Assembly (NCBI RefSeq): GCF_002113885.1
Contig: NW_018405506.1
Location: 1,522,199-1,586,198, forward strand
DNA length: 64,000 bases
Origin: Mizuhopecten yessoensis
Taxonomy: Eukaryota
Reading direction: 5' to 3'
Numbering within the stretch: position 1 is the stretch's first letter; each line of letters opens with the position of its first letter. The position numbers and the translations under genes were made by a program. This document shows positions 36,610-50,636 of the stretch, one piece after another. The notes beneath the pieces were generated by a model. It had not been told where the DNA came from and made no database searches. It was given only the letters and a program-made list of their open reading frames with translations.

Positions 36610-36930
36610 CAAATACCATCTTTATGTAGGTATAGTCTTGAGTTTTATCTAAATTTCACCGTTATGCTCTTCATAGCTATCATCTTAATATCAAAGTTGT
36701 ACCCTAATCTGCAATAATATAGCTAGTCACGTATCTAAATTCTACGACGATGCCTTTATCTGCGATTAAAAAACTACCATTAAATAACACATAGGTGTCC
36801 CTATCTGCAATAATTTGGATACCTTCGAAGTACTACGGTGGTGCACCTATCTGCGATAATATAGCTACCATCTAAATGTCACGGTGATGCCCTGATCTGC
36901 GATAGTCTACACATTGCTGCCGTCCAAATA
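36610..36930. repeat. Degenerate ~45-bp tandem repeat
   Basis: Recurring ctatctgcgataatatagctaccatctaaat. Confidence 0.6.
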
Positions 36931-37019
36931 CCAAGTGTAGTATTTACAGTATATCCTGTGTAAGTTCGGGGATAGAACAGTGTGTTATGTGTGTGTGCAT
37001 TTCTTCAATTTATTAACAA

Positions 37020-37490
37020 ATGACAACTAGTCAAGATTTCAAAGGGCAACACTTCCACTCATGGTTAAAAGATCAGTTCTTTTTTAGGCATCTCGGGTGT
37101 GGAACAGCTTGCCAAATGATCTTCGGTTGGCTGAAATTACAAGTCGTTTGCCGGATAATCTGGCCAAGTCTGCTCATGTGCTGGGGAGAATGAGTTGTCC
37201 CCTTTGGGTATCAACATGTGATATGTACATTTTCCCCATTCACAGTGCATTTTACTAATTTAACATAACTTGTTTTTCCTTTAATACCACGTGTTTTATA
37301 TAGCAGTGATCTGAAATGCATAATAGTATTGTGCATATATATTAACTGTTGTATGCTTTGATAATGTTTGTTTTATTTTTCATTTATATGTATGTTTGTC
37401 GCAAGAATCTACGGTGCTAATGTTGTCACGTGGTTTTCCTTTTTGCGACGTTATATACAATTACTTGACTCTTGACTCGACTCTTGGTCA
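37020..37490 (+). mobile_element. L2/CR1-group LINE 3' fragment
   Basis: Degenerate NTSTHG...VWNSLPNDLR ORF2 terminus and (ttgact)n-like tail. Confidence 0.55.
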
Positions 37491-37949
37491 CTCATGGCTG
37501 GCACATTCTTTTGTATTATTCAAAGACATTAGATAAAATAATACTTTGAACTTCATATATATAAACATTCGAGTTTTTATTTATTTATAGAGCTTTTATT
37601 AAGATTAAGTGTAAAATCTGTATTTCTAAAGTGTATTTTATGCAGTTTATCGGGAGGTAGTAAGCTGTACTGGATTTTGCGTACAGCCATCATGGTCTAA
37701 TGTTTGTCGAGTTGTGGATTGTTAGATATTAGAGATTTATTTGTTTGAAATTTTATTTATATCGTTCTAAATGTTATTGTTTTGTGATACTTACAATGTG
37801 TTTCTGTTAATAAATAATTTATTGAAAAAAACCTTGTTTTCGTGGAAACTTTACATTTTAGTAAATAAGGCTGGTATTGGGTATCCTCAGAATGAACACA
37901 GGAGAGAATTACCGTATGAAGTAATGATAAATATACAACTGTATAGATA

Positions 37950-38800
37950 ACGATTTATTGATAATAAAAAAGAATGTCAAGTAGAGCAAAATACTCATAC
38001 GCATATTTAACAATGATAGAAAAGTCGAAGTATACACCAAGTGGTAGTTTCAGTATCGACGATATCAATTCAAACCTTGTCAATGTATAAAGCAGGGACG
38101 GGAAGATGACTATAGGCCTCCATAGAATATAAAATTCAGAGAAGATCTGAATCCTGATTGAATAATACAACGCCAAATTTATCAACGTTTCGGTAAGATT
38201 ACTTTTCAAGTCACGAATGAGAATAAAAGCAGACAGACGGAAATTCTCTTTTCAATTCCTCAGGAAAAAAAATCGGAAAATTGTTCTACCCTTCAACATC
38301 TCCTAGGTACATGTATCATAGAAGGATGGTCTATCGGAAAACTGGTAGCGGAGATTCAACGCACCGACAGCGGCAAATACGGACGAAAAAGAGCAACACG
38401 GAGAAAGAGGTATGAACAACAAAAAATAATTATATTGAGAACTATACCTAGACTGTCTTTAAGTATAGTCCTGAATAGATATACAACTGATATTTTAGTT
38501 CGGCAAATAGGCAGTGACGCATCATTTTTCCGAATATCGCAGACATATGGCAGATAATGACCATGCATGCATCATACAAAAAGGCCAATCCAGGATCGGA
38601 ACAAAATAAAAAAAAAAACGTTGATCATCCCAGATATAAAAGGAATATCCAAAAATGTCTAGAGGATATATTGCGTAAGTGGCATAGCACCATCCATGAA
38701 GCCTCATACAAAACTTACCGGGTAAGTCATCAGAGCGTCACACATAAACACTTAACACGCTTTCCTATCTTAACTTTTCGACAATCGGGAAGCTACCAGC
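37950..38800 (+). mobile_element. Possible highly decayed Gypsy integrase remnant
   Basis: Broken peptides resembling KSR.T..PQ...E....TL..LLGT, PRLSL.IVL, ASYKKA...QNKK; weak. Confidence 0.3.
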
Positions 38801-38822
38801 CATGCTGGGTCTTATGTCAATA

Positions 38823-41500
38823 TGTCACGTAAGCTCAGCTTGTCCGTTTCGCCCGACTGGGTTAAAAGTATATACGGAATAAGTAAGAGAGTTGCAGAAA
38901 GTTCAGACTGGGAGAGAGAGAGGATTTTCCCGCCACTGAGATTACGAGAGCTGGATCATCTGTTGCCTGGGTGCTGCGTGTGCGCTATGCTGGATTTTGT
39001 GTGAATAGATTGCAACTTATATACATGTACTCGATGTTACCGTTGTTACCGCTCTATCACAACCTAGTTCGTAGGTTGTCTCAAAGCGGTTCACAATTTA
39101 TTATCCGTGGTTATAGGGCCTTTCCAACCAGCCAATACCTTTCTCAACTCCCTGGGGAGCAAACAGCCGGAGCTGCCATTTCGGCGCTAACAGCTAGCAT
39201 TCAAACAATTCTAGCACTGCCCAACCACGTACTCATTTACAACTGAGTAGACTGGAACAAGCAGAGTAAAGTATCTTGCTCAAAGATACAACAAAGTGCC
39301 GTGACGTGAATCGAACCAGCAAACCTTGTCACGAGCCGGCGTTCTACCACTAGACTACCGTGCCTAGGGCCCCTAGAAAATAAACCCAGTAGATTACTAA
39401 CAATAAGCCTGCAGGATCTCATCGTTAGAAATACAAAGGATAGTCAATAGAAACAGCATCAAGTTATGGTTTGGCTTTTTAAACTTTTTTACTTACATGC
39501 ATAGACCCTTCGGTCACGAGCCCGGTGTCCTACCACTAGACTACCGTGCCTCCTCTAATAAAGTGAAAAACTCAGAGACTGTGTTGATTTGTGTGCTGCT
39601 CGACTGTCCATTCTATCTTTAAAATTATTTGGGTATTATTGATTGTTTTCGACACCACGCGGACGATTACAAAGGGCTTCCGACGACGGCGACGAGCTGT
39701 ACGCGACAATTGGTGGTAGCGATGTGATCAAATTGGGGTACTAACTACTCGTATTTAAGGCATATGAAACAATACTAAAACTTTCACAACCAGGAGTCTT
39801 TGATGGATTCAGAATTTGTTAAATTCACGTAACACCAGCAGACCCTGGGAGCGGAAATATCTCGCGACCAAAACTCCCCTAAAAAGGAGCTGGCAAGATT
39901 TGGGTGAAGATGACGAACATTCGACGTGTTCATGTGCGTGTCCTTTCTAGTGGTCCTAATATTAGGACTATCTATTGTGCTGGTGTATTGGAGCTTCACT
40001 TATATTGTACAGGCACCATACAGACATTCTATGCGAAGAGGACACATTGGTTAATTATGTGTGTGCTTGTGCTTATTAGCCCTAATTTCCTTACAAATGA
40101 GGAGATTGACGATTAACATCATATAAACGGCGATAACGATCATCAAGGCCAGTAATCGTCTATAGAGGAATGGCTGGACATTCTGTTGTGCCGTATGCTG
40201 ACGAAGATGGGGCGGGGAACGCTCTGCGGTCGCGATCGGAACCTTTGTACACTAGTAGTACACGAAACCAGAGTGTCCGGTAAGGAGAACTTTTACAGGC
40301 CAGAATTCCGATACCTGGTCCGAATTTTTAGAATACTGTGAAAATATGGCTGTACTGCACAACTAGACTCTGATGAGGAAAAGACGAATGCTATGTTATG
40401 CCCATGTTCTTCCCTGGTTTATAAGAAGAAGTACTTGTTTGGCAGAAAAACTTGAGGAAAGATTCAGACACGCCGCCTTGAAGGAATATGTGACAGAAGA
40501 AAAGTGACGACGACGGCAAAATGAAGAATCGCTCAGGGAATTTGGTCAAGCCATAGAAGATTTCTACCGGTGGGATTATCAGGACAAACCTGGATAAGCG
40601 GAGGAACATCTATTACAGGCACTTTGAGATAAACGTAGTGAATCAGAGGAACATCGCTTCGCGGTGAAGAGGACCAAACCATATAATATGAATGAAGCGA
40701 TTACTAATGTGATGCAGGAGGAATGTCTCCGTGTTAGAGAGAGGAAATTAAGGAAGGAAGCGAAACCAGGCGTAAGGCCTGTTTTGGGAGTTGACTCATA
40801 AGGAAACAGACGGAATATGGACAATATACGCCGAGGAGATATCCCGGATATAAAAGAAATGGACGACGGAAGACTTTCGGTAGGAGGGATTAAAACGACA
40901 GTCGACCGGACCGGAGGGACTTGGTCGGGTCGAATCAAAGAAGAAACCCATGAAATATGATGATCACGGTAAAATGATTAAGTAGGAAACGAAGGATCGG
41001 GTAAAAACAAACGGTATCGGGGAAATATACAGACCCCCTTGAGGGAAACTGGAAATAAATCCAGGTACAAAACGTACGCCAGAGCGTTCCAGAGCCCACA
41101 CACTAATCTATAAAACAAACCTCTTGGACTTTATCGCCACTCGAAAGTCGAAACCAAGGGGCACTCGGCGTGATGCAATTGGCGAGAGTTCACATTCGGA
41201 CATCGAGGATTTTACGTCACGGAGATTACTAGAGCTGGATCGTCTGTTGCCTGAGTAATGCGTGTGCGCTATGCTGGATTATGTGTGAATATATTGTAAC
41301 TTGTATACATGCACTCGATGTTACCGTTCTTATATAATAAAGTTAAACACTGAGACTGTGTTGATTTGTGTATTGCTTGATTGCCCATATATTCTATCTT
41401 TAAAATTACTTGGGTATTGTTGAGGTTGTCCAACTCTACGTGGACGCTTACAGAGGACTTACGGCGACGGCGACGAGCTGTGTACGGGTGGTACGCGACT
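38823..41500 (+). mobile_element. Degenerate, internally deleted Gypsy LTR retrotransposon (5' LTR 38823-39708, PBS 39711, gag remnant ~40190-40750, partial 3' LTR ~41185-41500)
   Basis: TGTCACGT...ACGCGACA termini; PBS TGGTGGTAGCG; gag-like WSEFLEYCENMAVLHN and FAVKRTKP...VMQEECLR; ~300-bp direct repeat. Confidence 0.7.
39049..39550 (-). mobile_element. tRNA-derived SINE inserted in the LTR
   Basis: Minus-strand head ggcacggTAGTCTAGTGG...GGTTCGATTC (A/B boxes); highly similar copy at ~63775-64000; head partly duplicated at 39513-39550. Confidence 0.8.
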
Positions 41501-42009
41501 ATACTATTCCTGTCGAGCGAAACGGGCAAGCTGAACTTACGTGATCTATTGACATAACATTCATTCATTCATTCTTTATTACCTTAAACCTTGCGGTTTA
41601 TCAGTACAGTCCATATATACAGTGCAAATTATACAGTACATATATACATATATATAAGAGTACATAGAATACAAACTTCCGACCATGCATATACGATAAA
41701 ATCACAGAGAAAGTGTAGAGAGTGATTCCTTTAATCTTAAACAGTATTGCATCTCCTTTTTTGACATTAGTTCAGATATTTGGCTAAATTAATAAGTTCT
41801 TTATTATTCCTTGTTGTCATCAAATCTAAAAGAATTGCCATACTAGGTTTTTTATGATAATATTTTTTAATGAAACGGTTTCTTAAATCTGTATAATGAC
41901 TACATCTAATAATAAAATGATATTCGTCTTCAATATCACCAGTGTTACAATATATACAATTCTATCTTTTCTCTCTAAACCATAAAATCTACCCGTTTCA
42001 ATATTCAAC

Positions 42010-45000
42010 ATAACAGGTATAAATGTTAATAACTTTCCTATTCTTCTCTCTTAGTATGCAGATGATACTTCGCTGATACTTGACGGGTCAGAAAAATCTT
42101 TACGGGAATCAATTTTGGAACTGAATTTATTTGCTCATATTTCTGGTTTAAAAATCAATACTAACAAAACTCAGGTAATATGGATAGGGAGTAAGAAATA
42201 CAGCGATGACCCTTTTTTTACCAGAATTAGGTTTACAATGGGGTAGGGATTTTACACTTTTGGGGATAGACTTTAGCGTTAATTTACATGAAATACCTAA
42301 ATTAAACTTTGACAAAACATCGATTAAACTTAAATCTCTAGTTAAGTCATGGAGTAGAAGACGATTAACTCCTATTGGGAAAATACATGTGATTACATCA
42401 TTATTGATTTCACAATTTGATCACTTGTTCATTTCACTACCCAACCCAAGCATTACTTTTATTAATAAGTTAAATACTGTTATATATAACTTTCTTTGGA
42501 ATGGCAAAACAGACAAAGTGAAAAGAAATGTTATAACTAAAGATTATTTTGAAGGGGGTCGGAAAATGGTCAACACCAAGTCTTTTATAGATGCTCTAAA
42601 ACTAGGATGGTTAAAGAGATTTTTTCAAAGTACATGTTCTAAAAAGTGGCAAGTTATACTTATGAATATTATTAATGTTGATGTTATTATGAATTATGGA
42701 AATAATTACCTACGTATGTATCATAGGACATGCAAAAATATGTTTTGGTGTGATGTTTTCAAAGCTTGGGAAAGATTATTAAATTTTGATTTACCAAAGG
42801 GCAGACAACTCTCTATTCTGAAAACCCCCTTATGGCATAACCCACATATAACTATTGGTGGAAACTCTGAATTTTACAATAACTGGTATGCTAAGGGTGT
42901 TAGAGTGATAAATGATATGTTGAAAAATACAAATCCTGTTACTTTCTATTCCTACCATGAATGTACACAGAAATATAATATATATTTACAAACTTTCTTC
43001 ACTTTCATGGTCTTGTCAAATCTGTTAAATAAATTATTGATACACAAAGGATTCAGGATATAAAACTTCTACTTCCTTTCATTCCTTTAAACATAGAACC
43101 ATTTTTTTGATAAGACTCCAGGAACAAAATATTTATATAAAATCTTATCAAAGAATGATGAAATTCCAACAGGCAGGAAAAAATGGGCAGATCAATTTGA
43201 CTTTGATAATTCTAATTGGGCAAATATTTTTTCTCAACCTTTCAAAATAACAAACGATTCAAAACTTTAGCGGTTTCAGTTTAGAATTTTACATAATATT
43301 TTAAAATTCACTACTTTTTAAGGCAAACATAGTTGTAAGTCCACTTTGTACCTTTTGTAAATCAGAGTCAGAAACCATAACTCACATATTTTGGGAATGT
43401 CAAAAAGTTCAAAATTTACTGCAGAGCTTGGAAATACTCTTAGACGCACTTTTGATTCCTTTTACTATTAATAAAGAATGATTTATTTTTGGGTTCTGGT
43501 CAATTAGAAATGAGTTCAGTAAAATTGATAATGAAATTAACATCATCATTAAACATTACATTACAAAAACAGATGTCTTGAAACCACATTTAACATAAAT
43601 TCTCTTATCAATTTATTGAAAGACCACCACAACGTCAAAAAATACATAGCAACCGCTAAAGGTGTTGCTTCTCTTGAAAGTTTTAACAGAGAGTGGGGAA
43701 AATGGAAAAAAAAGTTTTATTTCTTTAAACTTAAATTGAAATGATTTCTATATCTAGACCCATTCATATCGATTAATGGACTCTTGAACTCTGACAGTTT
43801 TATACTTGTTTTGAATAGATATTACTATCTTTGAGCAAATGTTGCCAATAAAACAATTGTCGATGATTTAATTTCAACTTTTTGATTTTTGGAAGGCCTG
43901 TCTCTCTCAAATCTGTCGTCCTTGTCTCTGTGTCGATTGTCTTTGTGCGTATGTCTGTGTGTCTGTCTTTGTATGTCTGTCTATCTGGCAGTTCTTGCCT
44001 GTGTCTTGTTTGTCTTTGCCTCTGTGCACATGTCTACTTTTGTTTTGTCTGTCTTTGTTTTTCCAGTAATTATCTGTCTGTCTCTATTTCTTTCTTTCAA
44101 TAAAACCACAACACATGACTAATAGGATTAGTGTTTATTCCAATGTTTTGAAATGACATCTTGGATAGATTGATAACATATGCGCTAATACATATATACT
44201 ATCATACTAAGGTAGTTGCTTGTGTATAATATATTGAATGATAGTGTGAGAACTATTCATATACATTTTTTTTAAATGTACATCATGTATAGAGATGAAT
44301 ATTTTGTACAGAACTGGTGTATATGAAATGTTAAATTATGAATGTTTCTTTACAGATGTATGGTGTATATGAAATGTTTAATTATGAATGTTTCTATACA
44401 GATGTATGGTGTATATGAAATGTTTAATAAGAATGTTTCTATACAAATGTATGGAGTGTATGAAATGTTTGATATGAATGTTTCTATACAGATGTATGGC
44501 ATGTATGAAATATTTAAGATAAATGTTCTATACTGTTGTATGAATGTTTCTGCAGAAATGCATGGTGTGTATAAAATGTTTAATATGAATGTTACATACA
44601 GTTGTATGGTGTGTATGAAATGTTTGATATGAATGTTTCTATAAGGATGTATGGTGTTTATGAAATGTTTAATAAGAATGTTTCTATACATATGTATGGT
44701 GTGTATGAAATGTTTGATATGAATGTTTCTATACAGATGTATGGCATGTATGAAATATTTAAGAGAAATGTTCCATACTGTTGTGTGAATGTTTCTACAC
44801 AAATGCAGGGTGTGTATGAAATGTTTAATATGAATGTTACATACAGTTGTATGGTGTGAATGAAATGTTTAATATAAGTGTTTCTATACGGATGTATGAT
44901 GTGTATGATTTTTTTTATATAACTGTTCTTTACAGGTGTATGAAATATTTGATATACATGTTCCATGCAGATTTATGGTATCTATGGTTTGTATGAGTAT

Positions 45001-45300
45001 ATATGAAATGTTTGAAATAAATATGTCATAAATTAGCATGCTCTGTTATGATCATGATAGTACACACGATCAGTAAGTCAGATTAATTTTTCTACAGACC
45101 CAATGCTTAGAAAACTGGGTATATGAAATGAGTATGGTTAACATGAAATGTGTATGGTTAACATGAAATGAGTATGGTTAACATGAAATTTGTATGGAAT
45201 GTTTAGGATGAGAGTACTGTGAAGTATGTTATAGTCTCCCAAATATTGTCATGTGTATGTGCTTTGAAAAACTGAATAAAAATATAAATAAAAAAAAATT
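42010..45300 (+). mobile_element. L1/Tx1-clade LINE, 5'-truncated pseudogenised ORF2 plus 3' UTR and poly-A
   Basis: ITGINV...YADDT...SGLKINTNKT; ORF 42206-43063; CCHC knuckle CTFCKSESETITHIFWEC; aataaa and A-run at 45275-45298. Confidence 0.85.
44310..45200. repeat. ~43-45-bp minisatellite plus 20-bp repeat in the LINE 3' UTR
   Basis: aatgtttctatacagatgtatggtgtatatgaaatgtttaat units; (atgaaatgagtatggttaac)x3-4. Confidence 0.9.
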
Positions 45301-47639
45301 AACGTATGCGATGACAACCGAATTTTAGCAATTTGTTTTATATTTTGTCATCCAATAGGTTTAATTAAATACTGTTTAAGACAAAAAATACCACATATCC
45401 ATTTATAAAGAGAACACTTAGCAGATGAATTAATTAAATCTAGACACTCCTGTTGAAAAATGTCATGCATTCTACATTTAATGATATTCAGAATTTGACC
45501 TTCATTTCCTTCTGTCAGCCATAAATATCACAAACCTAACCTATATAATTCATTTCTTATGTTATTTGTCCAGTCGCTGCCCTTTTCAATCATCTCATCG
45601 TAACAAGCCTTTAAAATGCAATTGTCCGAAATTCTAAGTTTGAGCCAATATTTGAAAATTCTAAATTTCCTTATCATTTGTAAAGGTAGTCTCCCTAATT
45701 CTTGATAAATCATTACATTAGGTGTGCATTTCTTAATTCCCAAAATTCGTTTACAAAAATTCAAATTCACTTTCTCAATATCTGGAGCTTTGTGAAAGCC
45801 CCACATTTTAGCTCCATAGCTTAGGACACTGCACACAAAAGTATCAAAAACGCTAAGTTGGGTTTCAATATTGAAATATTTCCTTTTAAAAACATTGGAT
45901 ACAGCATATAGTGCTTTCCTACCTTGTTCCGCTAATTTCTCTTGTGTAATACTAAATTTACCATTGAATTTCATTAGAATTCCAAGGTAGCTAAAACTAT
46001 CAACATTTTCTAAAACATTACCACCATAAAACCATTTTTCTTTCTCCTTCAACTTACCACCATTCCTAAAAATTTTAACTAGTTTTTTCAACATTAACAG
46101 TTAGATTCCATTTCTTAGTGTATTGTAATAGTGTGTCTAACATTTTTTGCAATCCCTCTGCCGATTCAGCTGACAAAACCATATCATCTGCGTACATTAG
46201 AAGAAATAAGTTAATAGTTTGGAGTTCTATAGAAGGACAGTTATCAGTTAAAAATGCATCTCACAATCATTCACATAAAGAGAAAATAAAATCGGTGACA
46301 ATATTTCGCCTTGGAACAAACCATTTCTGCATTCGAAGAAATTAGACACTGAATTGTTGAATTTAACACAACATTTTACATCATTATATAAAGAACGTAT
46401 CATATTTAACAATTTACCTTCTACTCCTTCCTTAATTAGTTTAAACCACAAATTCTGTCTGTTAACAAAATCGAAAGCTTTCTTATAAACTATGAAACAA
46501 CAATAAAGCTTCTTATTCTTCTTTAAAGTTCTATTAATTAACGATTGCAAGACAAACACAGCATCTATGGTTTACATATGTTTTCTGAAGCCAAATTGAG
46601 CGTCACTTATTTTAGAATAAGCGGTATCAAATTCCATAAGTCGATTATTTAAGGTTGCTGTAAATATTTTGACTAAAAACTAACTAGAGTAATTCCTCTA
46701 TACTTATTTGTGTCATTCTTATCCCCCTTTTTAAATAGTGGAATAATATTACCTATTGACCATATGGAAGGATAGTTACCAGATTTGAAAATTTTATTAA
46801 ATAATTTGACAAGACAAGGTAATAAAACCTCTTTACCTTTGATAAAAAAAAACTCATTGATTAACAAATCATGGCCACATGTTTTATCTGTGCTTAAGTT
46901 ATTGATTACTTTATTAACTTCTTCTTTAGAAATGTCAATGTCCAGTTAATAAAACATAGCTTGAGGTATATCATTAGTGGCATCATAATTTCTCAAAACC
47001 TCGGTTACAGCCTCATTTTCACGAGGTTTCTTGGATGACAAATTACTAAAATGTAGATAAAAATCATGTTCATCAAGTGAAGACTTCACATTATTCTTTC
47101 TGCTATTAAAATATCTATAAAAATGTTTTGGATTATATTTTCTCATGAAGTTCAACATGTCACCTTGATGTGTTTTGTACTGCCTCTTCAACTTAAGTTC
47201 CATTTTCTTATAACTGCGTTTTTTCAAAACAAGTGCATCATGATTTTCTTTGTTCTTACATGAATTGAATGTAAATAAAGCATTTTTATATTCCATATAG
47301 CGAAGTTTGCAAATTTCATTGAACCAAGGTTTATCTTCTTTGCCTTTTTCCTTATAATCGCCGTACATAACAACACTAAGAGGTAATAATAGTTATTTCA
47401 GAAGATCAGTATTTTTTTAACACTTTAATTGATACCAATTTGGCTCACATCATTAATTACTGTCACAACAATAAGATAACTCGTTTATAACAAGACCCGA
47501 CCAGTCGGGCAACTGGGCCAATCAACGATACACTGTAATATTGACACTACGTAAACAGCTTGTAAAAAAATCAATAAGGTGCTAATGATGACCTTGTGTA
47601 GTACAGGTAGGGACACATACATTTTTGTAAAAGGCTACT

Positions 47640-48945
47640 CGGAGTCAAGAAGAGTACGTGTAATAATTTAGTTTATTGTGAGTTAGGAAGATTACCATTG
47701 TCTGTATGTAGAAAACTGAAAATTTTCAAATATTGGTTAAAATTAAAAACTTCGAATAATTGCATTTTAAAAACATGTTACGAGGAAAGAATTTTGTCAA
47801 ATGATAATTGGATTCTTGATATCCGCACAGAACTTAACAAATTAGGTTTAACTTACCTTTGGGGAAAATGTTAGAAATGATAGAAATATCTATACAATCA
47901 TTGAGCAAAGACTTTTTGACTTTTACCGGCAGGAAATATTAACTAATATCCAAACAACTCCGAAAGGATTCTTTTATCAACATCTAATAGACAATTTCTC
48001 TTTGCAATCATATTTAATAAAACCAATTGATAATTCATATAAAAAGACTTTAGCTCGCTTTAGACTTAGCTCTCATAATTTAAATATTGAACAGGGAAGA
48101 TATAGAAACCTTCCTAGAGAACAAAGATTCTGTAACTTATGTAACTCTAATGATATTGAAGACGAATTTCATTTTATATTAAAGTGTAACTTTTATAACG
48201 ACTTAAGTCGCGAGTTTATTAAGCCTTTTTATTACAAACGACCAAGTGTTTTCAAATTGATACAGTTATTTACTACTCAAAACATTAAGGAATTAAATAA
48301 ATTAGGAAAATTCCTGTTTTTAAGTTTAAAACGTCGTAATAACACTGTATAATATTTTATCTCATTTTTCCTGTAAATGTTCATTTCAGTATACCATATT
48401 TGATAAGATATTTGTATTATGTGTATATTGTGTAAAAAAAAAGGTGATTGTGCCCGTTCATTTCCTTTCCTATGTGATATAAATTATATGGTAAATTAAT
48501 CATAATTAACAACTTCGAAACATCGACGAGTATTTTCTATATCGTAATATCACTGTCACTAACGTCAGGTGTAACATCGTATTTATTACACTATGGCAGT
48601 GTATTTTATTGTTTTTTTTTACTGTTCTACTAGAGAGTATTTATTCGTGACATATGTGCGATACAATGTATGTAACTATATTAATCCAGTTATCATTACC
48701 TGTAACGTACGTCATTGAAAGTTACACTATTGTTATGCTTGCACTGTATCGGAACCTTACGATGTTGGTGTATTGCAGTGTAAAATGCTGTCTCTTATTA
48801 TATGTCATTTTGAAGTACTGCACGATTAATGAATATTATTGTATACATGTATCATTGTAAATTTGTAATATACTGTACTATTTGTATGTCTACTATCCGA
48901 TGTGTGTTACGCAAGGAATAAAACAATCTGAAATCTGAATCTGAC
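47640..48945 (+). mobile_element. RTE-X/CR1-group LINE 3' fragment, related to the minus-strand element
   Basis: ELGRLPL...IFKYWLKL; LARFRLSSHNLNIEQGRY...CNLC...EDEFHFILKC; tail aataaa...(atctga)n. Confidence 0.82.
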
Positions 48946-49677
48946 ACACAATAAAATCCAAGAGTTATGTAGCAACGGAACCGTTGACCCGAGCGACAGA
49001 CAATTAATACCTACTCCATTACAATAGCGTGAATTTGATAAGAGGCTGTCAATGTACCATTAGTTGTGTTGTTCCATTAGTTGTGTTGTAATGAACCCCA
49101 ATCGGTTAATGTCGGGCAAACATGGGCAAATGAAAACCCTATATAATAACGTGAGGTCAACATGTACATGTGTGGATCAGTCAGAGACGTATGTATTATA
49201 CGTCTCTGGTCAGCTACCTACATACTTAAGGTATGACCATGATAATGTAGAACATTGTAATGAAGATCGCTACACTTCTACCTCCTTTAACGCATTGAAC
49301 AATGCTCTACTGTTCAATATAAACAAGAAAGTATTGTCACGTATTTAGAATCACGTAAGTGTACCTCTCTCGTAAAACATTATGTGCAGAAGAGTGCATA
49401 ATGCAGAGTTCATTAGTACCACGTAATAACAAATTAAGTACATAACATCGTAATACACCAAAATAATCACTAACAAGATTAAATTGATCACTCCATGACT
49501 TACTATCCTCACGGAATTAGATCTTAGTCCGTGCTATCCTGAAGACGTTACCGTTTGACAATAACACCATGATAAATCATCATCCATACAAAAGATTAAT
49601 CTACAGCTAAAATAATAAAAGTCACAAATAAGATATCATAAATATCACAGTTAGCTAGAATATCGCGCCGTCCACCT

Positions 49678-49865
49678 ATTTCGTCTTTGCGTATTGCAGA
49701 GTTGTCTTCTCTTGTGAGCAGGTGTTGATTGTTACGTCATTGGTTTGTGTGAGAAAATGACGTCGTTTTCTCAAAAAATGATGACGTTACTCCCACAAAC
49801 CAATGACGTAACAATCAATCCCTGCTCTCAAGAGAAGATAACTCTGCAATACGCAAAGACGGAAT
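49678..49865. mobile_element. Palindromic MITE, copy 2
   Basis: Near-identical to 20441-20628. Confidence 0.85.
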
Positions 49866-50249
49866 ATAGGGATGTGAGCAGGGAGATCACTCGCATAGAG
49901 TACAGGATTCAAGGAAACGGATCTTGTATCCCTTTTAAAATGTGTCCGACTCGCGATCATGTCCGACTTACGATGAGTTTACCCTACCTATAATAATCTA
50001 AAGGAAAACATAGATTGTAAAACTTCACGTCATTGTATGGACACTTAATAAGTATCCGACAAAGAGCGTTATATAGTCGGCTTGATATATATAATATAAA
50101 TTGCAGACGAACTCTTGGCACTTCTATACATTTTATCATGGATATAACATATAGTACCCGTCCATGACTACTAATAGATAAAACAAACGCAAAGAAACGT
50201 CTGTACCATACACGTTATTTTTTAAAAATTCCATGGGCACTTAATTAGT

Positions 50250-50342
50250 TCTAATATTAAAAACAAGCCTCCTCTGTCCCGGCCGGCGCAATATATAAAA
50301 AAAAATCTCTCGTCGTCAGAAAGCTATATGTTATCGCAGCTA
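50250..50342 (-). mobile_element. ~90-bp mini-element, related to 53459-53549
   Basis: Reverse complement tagctgcgataac...agctttctgacga.gaga.attttttttatatattgcg is shared. Confidence 0.7.
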
Positions 50343-50636
50343 TCTCGTATAACGCTGATATATCACGAAAGATATTTACTGCAAACTTCATCTCCGTTCT
50401 ATATAAAAACAACAGTTTCTGAAATATACATAACCCTGATAACAGTTGACAGTACGGAATTCAAATCATGCTGTTTCAATTACAATGCAAGTTAATGTAC
50501 ATGTATTCCAATAGTTGGAAATTTCATACCCTATAGGATTACCCCTGTAACGTTAACAAAAATCAGGCAAGTCCATAGTCACTCTGGCATCACGCATAAA
50601 TACATTTATAAAGTACGAATGTCACAATATTGCTTT

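Larger units (their letters stand above)
41560..47486 (-). mobile_element. RTE-X/CR1-group LINE, 5'-truncated, frameshifted, interrupted by an L1/Tx1 insertion
   Basis: RT motifs YRGITL, GLFQGEILSPILFSLYVND, YADD; C-terminal ETGR...C..C...EDEYHF..C; tail aataaa(gaat)n at 41560; candidate TSD ATAACA at 41554 and 47487. Confidence 0.85.

Noticed and set aside
43882-44966. Cys-rich or hydrophobic ORFs
   Set aside because: Translations of TG/TC-rich low-complexity and minisatellite sequence in a LINE 3' UTR.
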